Of a DNA stretch of 64,000 nucleotides, positions 53,304-63,300 are shown piece by piece. The notes under the pieces were generated by a model. The model was not told the origin of the DNA, searched no databases, and was given only the letters and a program-made list of their open reading frames with translations. A program made the position numbers and the translations under genes. Every line of letters begins with the position of its first letter. The stretch's first letter is position 1. Origin of the DNA: an uncultured Gammaproteobacteria bacterium (GTDB lineage Bacteria > Pseudomonadota > Gammaproteobacteria > DRLM01); the NCBI GenBank assembly GCA_963729605.1, contig CAVSNY010000007.1:1248001-1312000 (forward strand), read 5' to 3'.

Positions 53304-54167
53304 ATGGGTGCGTATCTTCCGTTATTCAGCATCGAGGTGGAGCACCGCTTCTTCGCGGCGGGACTCGCTCCGTCATTGACATTCGTGCCGACGCCGGCCT
53401 GCGCGCGCCTGATCGATAACGCGAGTCTCCTGAGAAGAGACACCAACAACGGCCTCCGGTTGTTTTATGACAGCGCGCGCGCCGACGGCTTGCGGCTGTA
53501 TGCCGACGGCGACGAAGCGTGCACGCTGGGTTTCAAGGTCTACGCGCGCGATGCCTTGTTCATGAACTACACCGACCCGCTGACCTATCGGGACGAGGCC
53601 ATCCTCTATTTCGATAATCGCGCGGCCGGCGCCGTGGGCGGCAGGCTGCGTTTGCACCAGGCGGAACATGTGAACGATCGGGATTTCCAGCCTATCGACG
53701 CCGCCCGCGTCGCCGGCCTGCTCGATAAAAAGGATTTGCTGGTCCGGCCGTCGTTTCTGATCGACATCGTATTGGGAGAAGGCGGACTTGGTTTTGCCGA
53801 CTCCGATGCTCCAGTGGCGCGGAATTATTATCTGAGCTTCGACGCCCGCCGGACTTTTTGGAAATATTGCCTGATGGGTGATGCCGCCCGGAAAAATTTA
53901 TTCATAACCGATCTCGCCAATCAAGTGGGGTTCGAGGCCGCGGGTGAGGAAATCTTACCCGATCAACGAACCATGATGGTATTCAGGTCCACGTCGCCCA
54001 TTTCACTGCAAGAACGTTTCGATTATCGGTTCCAGTTGCGGGAACGGGGCACCGGCGCCGGCCGGGTGTTGATCAAACGATTGCCGGTCGCATCGGCGAA
54101 TCACCTCAATAGGGAAATCATCGATGGGGAAGAGCGGGTAGTTTCGGAAATTTATGTCAACTGCTAG
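53304..54167 (+). CDS. Conserved eCIS-associated hypothetical protein
   Basis: LFSIEVEH.FF, F.NYT, F.AR.TFWKY motifs; lies between DUF4255 and the sheath gene. Confidence 0.65.
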   Translation: MGAYLPLFSIEVEHRFFAAGLAPSLTFVPTPACARLIDNASLLRRDTNNGLRLFYDSARADGLRLYADGDEACTLGFKVYARDALFMNYTDPLTYRDEAILYFDNRAAGAVGGRLRLHQAEHVNDRDFQPIDAARVAGLLDKKDLLVRPSFLIDIVLGEGGLGFADSDAPVARNYYLSFDARRTFWKYCLMGDAARKNLFITDLANQVGFEAAGEEILPDQRTMMVFRSTSPISLQERFDYRFQLRERGTGAGRVLIKRLPVASANHLNREIIDGEERVVSEIYVNC

Positions 54168-54186
54168 TCACTGAAAGGACGAGATC

Positions 54187-55746
54187 ATGGGACAGATGAA
54201 GACGCCTGGCGTTTATATCGTAGAGAAAAACGCTTTTCCGAACTCCGTGGTCGAGGTGGCGACCGCGGTGCCGGCCTTTATCGGTTATACCGAGAAGGCA
54301 GACAACAAGGGAAAGGCCTTGGCCAACAAGCCGTGGCGGATCACCTCCATGGCGGAGTTTCATAATTATTTCGGATTTGCCCCGACGCCCTCCTTCGAAC
54401 TCGGCGTCAAGGACAAGCCCGCGGCCGGCGCGCCGCCCGTCCCCGCGGAGGAAGCGCCGGCGTTTTCCTATGCCGGCAAGGATTACACCCTGACCCACAA
54501 AGGCGGCAAATACCTGCTGTATTACAGCATGCTGCTGTTCTTTCAAAACGGCGGCGGGCCTTGCTACGTGGTGTCGGTCGGCAGTTATCAGGACGACATC
54601 GCCGCCGACAAGCTGCAACTGGGCATCGAGCTGCTGGTCAAGGAACAGGAACCCACCATGGTGGTGATACCCGACGCGGTATTGCTGGCCCAGCCGGATT
54701 GCATCAGCGTGCAGCAGGCGGCCTTGTCCCACTGCGGCGGAAAAATGAAAAACCGGGTGGCGATCCTCGATATCTGGGACGGCGCCAAGGATAGACAGGA
54801 TCCCGCCGGCGATCCCATCGAGAAATTCCGCGACGCCTTGGGAATAAATTTTCTCAATTACGCCGCGGCCTATTATCCCTGGGTGAACACCACCATCGTC
54901 CAGGACAAGGACCTGAGCTACGAAAACATCTCCAACAAGGACGTGCTGCAACAGGCGTTGCGGGACGAGCTGCATTTGCCGGACCAGGCCGATCCCACCG
55001 CGTCGGCCAAGGTCAAGCAGCAAATCGACGCGATCAACAACATCACCAGCGATTGGCAAGGGGTGAAGCCGGAAGAGGTCGATACCAATAAACTGCTGTT
55101 GAACAAGACCCTGGTCGTCATGAGTCCGTTGTTCGGCACCGTGTTGACGGAGATCAAGAACAAGCTCAACCTGCTGCCGCCCAGCGGCGCCATGGCCGGC
55201 GTGTACACCATGGTGGATAACGCCCGCGGGGTGTGGAAGGCGCCGGCCAACGTCAGTCTCAACGCGGTGGTGTCGCCGGCGGTGAACATCACCCACGACG
55301 AGCAGGAAGACCTCAACGTCACCACCCAGGGCAAATCGATCAACGCCATCCGCGCCTTCATCGGCGAAGGCACTTTGATTTGGGGCGCGCGGACCTTGGA
55401 CGGCAACAGCCTCGATTGGCGTTACGTCAACGTGCGGCGGACCATGATCATGCTGGAAGAGTCGATCCGGCTCGCCACCAAGGCCTATGTGTTCGAGCCC
55501 AACACCGCCAACACCTGGGTCACCATCAAGAGCATGATCCGCAATTTCCTGACCGGCATCTGGAAACGCGGCGGCCTGGCCGGCGCCTCGCCGGACGACG
55601 CCTTCAGCGTGCACGTCGGCCTGGGCGAGACCATGACCCCGGAGGATATTCTTGAAGGCATTTTGCGCGTCACGGTGCTGGTGGCGATTTCGCGCCCCGC
55701 GGAATTCATCGAGATCACCTTCCAACAGCAGATGCAGAAATCTTGA
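54187..55746 (+). CDS. Contractile tail sheath protein
   Basis: KTPGVYIVE, PAFIGYT, FFQNGGG.CY, RGVWKAPAN, WGARTL, WRYVNVRR, RPAEFI. Confidence 0.95.
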   Translation: MGQMKTPGVYIVEKNAFPNSVVEVATAVPAFIGYTEKADNKGKALANKPWRITSMAEFHNYFGFAPTPSFELGVKDKPAAGAPPVPAEEAPAFSYAGKDYTLTHKGGKYLLYYSMLLFFQNGGGPCYVVSVGSYQDDIAADKLQLGIELLVKEQEPTMVVIPDAVLLAQPDCISVQQAALSHCGGKMKNRVAILDIWDGAKDRQDPAGDPIEKFRDALGINFLNYAAAYYPWVNTTIVQDKDLSYENISNKDVLQQALRDELHLPDQADPTASAKVKQQIDAINNITSDWQGVKPEEVDTNKLLLNKTLVVMSPLFGTVLTEIKNKLNLLPPSGAMAGVYTMVDNARGVWKAPANVSLNAVVSPAVNITHDEQEDLNVTTQGKSINAIRAFIGEGTLIWGARTLDGNSLDWRYVNVRRTMIMLEESIRLATKAYVFEPNTANTWVTIKSMIRNFLTGIWKRGGLAGASPDDAFSVHVGLGETMTPEDILEGILRVTVLVAISRPAEFIEITFQQQMQKS

Positions 55747-55788
55747 GCGCGATTTTTAATAACGATGGACAGATAAAGGAGGAGCGTT

Positions 55789-56247
55789 ATGGCAGATGAC
55801 GGATCAGCACAATCTACGGCCATCTGGCCGATACCGAAGTTTCATTTTCAGGTGAAATGGGACGCGCAAGTGATGTCGTTCCAGGAGGTGTCCGGCCTCG
55901 ACGTCGAGTCGCAACCCATCGAGTATCGCCACGGCGACAGCCCGGAATTTTCGGTGATCAAGATGCCCGGCATCAAAAAGACCGGCAACGTCACCATGAA
56001 GAAGGGCGTGTTCAAGACGGATAATAAATTCTGGGACTGGTTCAACCAGATCAAGATGAACACCATCAAGCGCGTGCCGGTCACCATCAGTCTGCTCGAC
56101 GAAACCGGCGCGCCGACCATGGTGTGGACGCTGGCCAACGCCTGGCCCACCAAGATCACCGGCACCGATCTCAAGTCGGACGGCAACGAAGTGGCGGTCG
56201 AATCCATCGAGATCGCCCATGAAGGACTCACCATCGCCAACGGCTGA
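55789..56247 (+). CDS. Tail tube protein (T4 gp19-like, Afp1-like)
   Basis: FQEVSGL....IEYR.G, KMPG, ISLLDE, AWP.K..G.DL...GNEVAVE. Confidence 0.95.
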   Translation: MADDGSAQSTAIWPIPKFHFQVKWDAQVMSFQEVSGLDVESQPIEYRHGDSPEFSVIKMPGIKKTGNVTMKKGVFKTDNKFWDWFNQIKMNTIKRVPVTISLLDETGAPTMVWTLANAWPTKITGTDLKSDGNEVAVESIEIAHEGLTIANG

Positions 56248-56332
56248 TGGGGGGAGGGGGGTATGGAGTGGCGGGTCTAGGCCCGTCACTCCTACTTTAT
56301 AAAGGACTATTCTCAGCGCGGCGGGTTTGAGC

Positions 56333-56800
56333 ATGTCGTCCATTTTTACCACCGACGATTATCCACCTTCTTCCTTTTATTTTAAGGTGGTGTTCGCGGC
56401 GACACTGGGTATGACCGACACCTCGTTTCAAAAGGTGAGCGGCATCGGTTCGCAGATCGAGACCGAGGAAGTGGTCGAGGGCGGCGAAAACCGCTACGTC
56501 CATCAACTGCCGACCAAGGTCAAACACCCCAAGCTGGTGTTGGAGCGCGGCATCGCCGCCATCACCTCGCCGCTGGTGATCTGGTGCCGCTCGGTGCTGG
56601 AGGCCGATTTCATCGCGCCCATCGTGCCGATGCCGATCAGCGTGTTTCTCTTGAATGAAAATAAAATCCCGATCCGGGCCTGGACCTTCGCCAACGCCTA
56701 TCCGGTGAATTGGGAAGTGGACAACTTCGCGTCCACCAAAAACGAAGTGGCCATCGAGAAGATCGAATTGAATTACAACTATTCCAACAGGTTGATTTAA
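56333..56800 (+). CDS. Second tube protein (Afp5-like)
   Basis: FQKVSGI...EGGENRYVHQLP, LVLERG, AYPV.W. Confidence 0.9.
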   Translation: MSSIFTTDDYPPSSFYFKVVFAATLGMTDTSFQKVSGIGSQIETEEVVEGGENRYVHQLPTKVKHPKLVLERGIAAITSPLVIWCRSVLEADFIAPIVPMPISVFLLNENKIPIRAWTFANAYPVNWEVDNFASTKNEVAIEKIELNYNYSNRLI

Positions 56801-56803
56801 ACC

Positions 56804-56983
56804 ATGCCGATAGAAGTTCGCGAACTGGTGATTCGTTCCACCGTGCAGCAAGAAGGCGGCGGCGACACCTGCGGCCGCGAGGAAGGCGATGCCGCGCGCG
56901 ATAATCAGGAACTGAAGGAAGACATACTCGCGGAATGCCGCAGGCTGATCTTGGAATTGCTGGCGGAAAGGCGGGAGCGTTAA
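56804..56983 (+). CDS. Small eCIS protein (DUF5908/Afp6-like)
   Basis: Manual translation MPIEVRELVIRSTV...ILAECRRLILELLAERRER*; below the ORF-track length cutoff. Confidence 0.75.
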   Translation: MPIEVRELVIRSTVQQEGGGDTCGREEGDAARDNQELKEDILAECRRLILELLAERRER

Positions 56984-57679
56984 ATGGCGGGACTCAGCAC
57001 CGGCCTCAAAAAGAAGTTGAGCATTTCGCCGTGCACCGTCGACAAAAGCGGCACGGTCACCGTCGAAAGCGGCGCCTTCGAGGTAATGCTCAATCCGTCG
57101 TCGTACAGCCATGAGCATTCGATCTGCTACAACCAGAAGAAGACCTTCGGTCAATTGGGTTCCGACAGCAAGTTCAGCGGCGTCAATGCGGAGAAGGTGA
57201 ATTTCGAGATCGTCATCGACGGCACCGGCGTGGTGAATCTGCCGATACCGGGCATCGGTTCGCCCGACGTCAAGACCCAGATCAAACAGCTCAACGACAT
57301 CGTGTATAAATACGACGGCAACGACCACCAGCCCCAGCACGTGCGGCTGTTGTGGGGCAGCCTGATCTTCTTCGGCCGGCTGACCTCGATGTCGGTGTCG
57401 TACACCTTGTTCAAACCCAGCGGCGAGCCGCTGCGCGCCAAGGTCAAGCTGGCCTTCACCGGTTTCATGAGCAAGGAAGAGGAGGCTCTCAAGGCCAACC
57501 GCTCGTCGCCGGACCTCACTCATCTGGTGGAGGTCAAGGCCGGCGATACCCTGCCGTTGCTGTGTCACCGCATCTATAAAGACAGCTCCTATTATCTGGA
57601 GGTGGCGAGGGCCAACAACCTCACCAACTTCCGCGACATCAAGCCTGGCGTCAAACTCCATTTTCCACCGTTGAGATAA
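56984..57679 (+). CDS. Tube initiator with C-terminal LysM-like domain (Afp7-like)
   Basis: LNPSSY, YTLFKPSGEPLRAKV, SSPDLTH...VKAGDTLPLLC.RIY. Confidence 0.88.
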   Translation: MAGLSTGLKKKLSISPCTVDKSGTVTVESGAFEVMLNPSSYSHEHSICYNQKKTFGQLGSDSKFSGVNAEKVNFEIVIDGTGVVNLPIPGIGSPDVKTQIKQLNDIVYKYDGNDHQPQHVRLLWGSLIFFGRLTSMSVSYTLFKPSGEPLRAKVKLAFTGFMSKEEEALKANRSSPDLTHLVEVKAGDTLPLLCHRIYKDSSYYLEVARANNLTNFRDIKPGVKLHFPPLR

Positions 57680-57682
57680 GCC

Positions 57683-59476
57683 ATGGCCAGTTCACCCAGA
57701 GACGCGGTCGGCAGCGTCGTCAAGCTGACGATTTCCAGCAACGGTACGCCCTTGGACGAGACCATCCAGATCATTTCGGTGTCGGTCAGCAAGGCGATCA
57801 ATAAAATTCCCAGCGCGCGGCTGGTGATCCTCGACGGCGACATGCCGACGCAGACCTTTCCGGTGAGCGACGCCGACACCTTCAAACCGGGCAGCGCCAT
57901 CACCATCAGCGCCGGTTACGACCAGGATGCCGAGACGATCTTCGACGGCGTGGTGATCGGCCACGGCATCGAGATCAGCGGCAATAATTATTCGCGTCTG
58001 GTCATCGACTGCCGCGACAAGGCGGTGGCCATGACCATCGGCCGTAAGAACGCCAACTACGTCGATCAAAACGACAGCGACATCATCGGCACCCTGATCG
58101 GCAACTACGGCGGCCTGTCCGCCGACGTCGGCGCCACCGCCACTCAACACAAGGAATTGGTGCAGTACTACTGCACCGACTGGGACTTCATGCTCGCGCG
58201 CGCCGAGGCCAGCGGCCTGCTGGTGAACGTCGACGCCGGCAAGCTGACGGTCAAGGCGCCGGATGCCAGCGCCTCGCCCGAATTGAAGGTGAGTTACGGC
58301 GACGACCTCATGGAGTTCCACGCCGACATGGACGCGCGCACCCAGTTACGCCAAGTCACCGGCCTCGCCTGGGACCCCGAGACCCAGGCGGTGGTGGAAG
58401 AGCAGGTCTCGCCGCAGACTTTGAACAGCCAGGGCGACCTCGCGGCGGCGACCTCGCCGCAGGTGATCGGTCTTGCATCGTACCGGCTGCAGACCGCGGT
58501 GCCGCTGGAGCAGACCGCACTCAAGGACTGGGCCACCGGCCGGCAAGTGAAGGCGGGCCTGTCGCGCATCCGCGGCGAGATGAAATTCCAGGGCAGCGCC
58601 AAGGCCAAGCCGGGCGGCCTGATCGAACTCGACGGCGTCGGCACGCGCTTCAGCGGCAAGGTGTTCGTGAGCGCGGTGCGCCACGACATCGTCAACGGCA
58701 ACTGGACTACCGAGGTCGCGTTCGGCATGTCGCCCGACTGGTTCGCCGAGCGCCGCGACCTCACCGCGCCGCCCGCCGCCGGGCTGTTGCCGGGGGTCGA
58801 GGGGCTGCAGATCGGCGTGGTCATGAAGCTCGACGCCGATCCCGAGGGCGAATTCAAGGTGCAGGTATCGGTGCCGCTGATGCAGGCCGCGACCGACGGC
58901 GTGTGGGCGCGGCTCGCGAAGTTCTATGCCTCCAACGGCTTCGGCGCGTTCTTCATTCCCGAGATCGGCGACGAGGTGGTGCTGGGTTACTCTCAACAAC
59001 GATCCGTCGCTATCCGGTGATCCTCGGCAGCCTCTACAGCAGCAAGCACAAGCCGCCGTACCCGCTCACCGCCGACAATTTCACCAAGGCGCTGGTGACC
59101 CGGAGCAAGCTCAAGATCGAGTTCGACGACGACAAGAAAGTAGTGACCATCGTCACGCCCGGCGCCAACACTGTCGTGATCAGCGACGACGACAAGTCAA
59201 TCCTGCTGCAAGGACCAGAACAACAACACGGTGAAGCTCAGCGCCGACGGCATCGTCCTCACCAGCCCCAAGGACATCAAACTCACCGCGCAGGGCCAGG
59301 TCAGCATCACCGCCACCGGCAACGCCTCCATCACGTCGCAGGCGGACGTGAAGATCGAGGGACTCAACATCAACAGCAACGCCAACGTCGGTTTCGTCGC
59401 CAAGGGCAGCGCCAGCGCCGAGCTGTCCGCCTCGGGGCAGACCACGGTCAAAGGCGCGATGGTCATGATCAATTAA
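57683..59476 (+). CDS. VgrG-like spike (Afp8), with three apparent +1 frameshifts near 58991, 59010 and 59208
   Basis: VQYYCTDWDF...RAE, GLQIGVV, WARL, FIPEIGDEVVLG; continues YPVILGSLYS and ends KGAMVMIN in other frames. Confidence 0.85.
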
Positions 59477-59504
59477 CCAAACGATTACCTTCAAGGAGGA
59501 CACC

Positions 59505-59807
59505 ATGCCGCCCGCGGCGCGAATTACCGACATGCACACCTGCCCCATGCAGACCCCCGCGTTTCCGCCGCCCATCCCCCACGTCGGCGGACCGGTCATC
59601 GGCCCCGGCGTGCCCACCGTGCTGATCGGCAAGTTGCCTGCGTCGGTGGTGGGCGACAATGCGGTCTGCGTCGGTCCGCCGGACGCGATCGTCAAAGGTT
59701 CGGCGACGGTGATGATCAGCAGCCGACCCGCGGCGCGTTTGGGCGACACCACCGCCCACGGCGGCAGCGTCGTGCTGGGTTGTCCCACGGTGATGATCGG
59801 CGGCTAG
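59505..59807 (+). CDS. PAAR spike-tip protein
   Basis: PAARITDMH.CP, PAARLGD.TAHGG. Confidence 0.93.
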   Translation: MPPAARITDMHTCPMQTPAFPPPIPHVGGPVIGPGVPTVLIGKLPASVVGDNAVCVGPPDAIVKGSATVMISSRPAARLGDTTAHGGSVVLGCPTVMIGG

Positions 59808-59817
59808 GACGGCGGGC

Positions 59818-60234
59818 ATGAGCATCGACAAATCCTTTCTCGGCACCGGCTGGGGCTTCCCTCCCGAATTCAATCTGCGCACCCGCGAGGTGAAGATGGT
59901 TTCGGAAGAGGACGACATCCGCGACAGCCTGCGGATCCTGTTCTCGACGACCCCGGGCGAACGCCTGATGCAGCCGACCTACGGTTGCGGTTTGAAGACC
60001 CTGGTATTCGAGCAGTTCAGTGAAACCACGATCACCGAAATAAAGGACATGGTGGAACGGGCGGTGTTGTTCTTCGAACATCGCATCACCTTGAACGGTG
60101 TCGATGTCGAGGCCGAGGGTATTTATGAAGGCGTGATCAAGATCCTGTTGACCTATACCGTCAGGACCACCAACAGCCGCAGCAATATGGTTTATCCCTT
60201 TTATTTCCTGGAGGGGACCAATGTCAGGCAGTGA
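59818..60234 (+). CDS. gp25/GPW baseplate protein (Afp9-like)
   Basis: FLGTGWGFPP, T.PGER.MQP.YGC, NMVYPFY..EG. Confidence 0.92.
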   Translation: MSIDKSFLGTGWGFPPEFNLRTREVKMVSEEDDIRDSLRILFSTTPGERLMQPTYGCGLKTLVFEQFSETTITEIKDMVERAVLFFEHRITLNGVDVEAEGIYEGVIKILLTYTVRTTNSRSNMVYPFYFLEGTNVRQ

Positions 60235-60359
60235 AACACCGCCAGGGATCCAGGTCGCGCCAAGCCGTTCCGCATTTTCTCGGCGGCGGCGGGTGCGTGC
60301 TGAATTTAATTGCTTGTTGAATGAACCGCCGTTGTTTCCGGCGATGTGCGGGCACACTC

Positions 60360-63300
60360 ATGGCTGATTGGACACGGTTGCCGATAACCGACGGCACGGC
60401 CCAAAGCGACCGCTTTCCGGCCGCCTTGCGCGAAGGGTATTTCAACGTGGACGAAATGCGCTACGAAGAGCTGCTCGCCATGAGTGCGGAGTTCGCGTCC
60501 ACCTTGCGTTTTTATAATCTCCAAAACGAGCCGGACGGTGATTGGGCGGAACTGTTCGCCAATGATGAAGCGGTGATCATGGCCCAGATACTGGCCACCG
60601 ACTTGAAACAAGAAGAAGCGGCGTTTTTGCACCTGTTGGAGAAGGATGACGCGGATCAGGCGCGGGTCTTTATTTTACAATGGGCTTCCCGCGTCAATGA
60701 GTGGTACAAACGGCTGAATGTCTCGGGCCAGCGCAGCGGAACCGCCTTGAGCTGGAAGCTTGCCGAGTTGATAAAGGTCAGGCTGGCCGCCGATCTGCGC
60801 AATATCGTCGGACACCTCGAGCTACGGCCGATAACCTTGGCCGGATCGACGTCGGGTCTTTCAAGCGAGTTCGATGCTATTTGGTCGTTGGCCGAGCGTG
60901 GTTTTGATTCGCTTGAGCACCCCGCCGGCCTCCTGCATGTAAAAGAGTCAAGCGAGCGCAAAGGCGTGCTGCGTTCCGGTTTCTATGCTTTTTATAACGC
61001 CGTTTCCTACCTCAAACGCATCACGCCGGCTTACTTTGAAGAGAGCCTGCACAGTCAGGCCCACGGCCCCGCGATCGGCTTGTTCCTGGCCTTTTTAAAG
61101 CTCTACCGGAAAATTCAGGACAACACCAATCGTTTCACGCAACGGCATTTGGATTTTTATTATTACGATTTTTTACAGTTCAAACCGCGTCCGCCGGTGG
61201 CGGACAGTGTCTACCTGGTGTTTGAATCGGTGCCGGCCGCCAAGGATATCCCCATTCCCAAGCACACGGCGTTTTCCGCGGGCAAAGGCGATGCGCAAAA
61301 GGTGTTGACCTATGGCGCTGATGCCGCCATGACGGTGAACGATGCCCAGGTCGGCTCTTTATGCACGCTCCATTTGGAGCGGGATGAATTGTTGTCGCCG
61401 GAAAAAGAACTGGCTTACATCACCCATGTCAGGACCCATCAGCTCGCCCCGGCCGGACAGGACGGCGCCGACTTACCCGCGGTGCCGCTGTTCGGCGCGG
61501 CCAAAAAGGAGGCGCGCCGCAGCAGCGCCCTGGGCGCCCGGGTCGGATTCGCCGCGGCAAGTCCGGCCTTGCTGCTGCTGGAAGGCGAACGCGAGATCGA
61601 GATCACCCTGTGTTACGCGGATCCGCCCGATATCGATGAGGTGTCAGGCAAGGGCTTGCTGGCCTCGTTGAGCGAGGCCAACACCGAGGAGAGATTTTTC
61701 TCTCTCTTCGGCAAGCTGATGACGCGTTATCTGCTGTTGCACCGGGACTGGCTGAGCGAGGAGCACAAGAAATACATCCTGGATAAGGCCCGCAAACGTG
61801 TCTCCGAGGTCTCTCTGGGAGTGATCGGCGGGTTGCTTGAGCGCGGCCGCCAGGATTTTTTCTACAAGCTGTTTAGAAACGCCTTTCATATCAGTCTTAC
61901 CGCGGAAACCGGCTGGCTCACGGTCGCCAATTACGCGGTGATCCCTTTTGGCGAGGGTGACCCGCTGAAACGCAATGGCCTGAAAGTCGCGCTGAGCTTG
62001 GGGCCGGAGGTGGCGCCCATCGTTCCTTATGCGGCGGCCCTTCATGGCGGCGATTGGGACACGCGGTTGCCGATGATCCAGTTTTTGGTGAATAGCCAGG
62101 CGGATTATTATCCTTATTCCATACTGCGCGATTTGATCCTGAAGGAGATCGTGATCGAGGCCAGGGTCAAAGGCATCAAGAATATCGTGGCTTACAATAA
62201 TCATGGTCAGATCGACCCCACCGCGCCGTGGAATCCATTCGGTCCGCTGCCGGGCGATCATTCCTATTTCATCATCGGCAGTCATGAAGCGGCCAAAAAA
62301 CAGCTTACCGCCTTGGATGTCAATATCGAGTGGGGCGAACTGCCGAAGTCGGCGGGCGGTTTTGAGGCATATTATAAAGAGTACGGTGACTCTTATAATA
62401 ACCAGGCCTTCAAGGTGACCATGTCGGTGTTCCGCGACGGGGTATGGCAGCCGGCCAAGAGCGATATCAATAACACGGCGTCGCTATTCGACGCCACGGC
62501 GGACGGCGATGGGCTGAGCGGTGAAAAGACGCTCAAAGTCGGTGTCCTGCATCATTTCAAGACCGTCAGTCCGGCGCTGGCGCCGGAGGCCTATCGTTAC
62601 GACATGAAGGCCAGGAACGGTTTTTTCAGGTTTACCTTCCTGGGATCGGATGGCGCGTTCGGCCACAAGATTTACCCTTTGCTGTTGACCAAGGCTTTGT
62701 CGGTCAATGTCAATGCGAAGCTCAAAAAGCTCAAGCCTATCCCCAACCCACCCTACACCCCGCTCATCAACCGGATGACCTTGGATTACACGGCCAAAAG
62801 CGTCATTGAGTGTGCTACCGGCAGGCATGAAGGCGGAGATGCCCTGCGCGAGAAATTATTTCACATCCATCCTTTCGGCATGGAAGAGATATCTTTCGCC
62901 GGGAAAGACAAATTTCATTATTTGCTGCCTCGTCATCTCGACTACGGCAATTTATTCATCGGTATCGTCGCGCGCCGTTTGGGCGGGATGCTCACCTTGT
63001 TTTTTCACATGGCCGCCGATTCCACCCAAGACGCCGCGGGTGACCGGCCGGCGATCAACTGGTATTACCTGGCGTCGAATCGCTGGCAGCCTTTGGAAAA
63101 GGCCAGGGTGATTTCCGATACGACGCTGGGATTTTTGTCGTCGGGCATCGTCACGCTCGACATACCCGAAGCGATCAATCGCGACAATACCATCATGCCG
63201 AACGACCGCTATTGGCTGAGGGTCTGCGCCGATAAGAATCTGCAATCCTTCAGCGGCTTGTATACGGTGCGCGCGCAGGCGGTGAAAGTCAGCCGGCTCG

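Noticed and set aside
58980-59230. Programmed frameshifting in vgrG or cgs
   Set aside because: No slippery sequences at the breaks; multiple uniform +1 insertions fit sequencing error better
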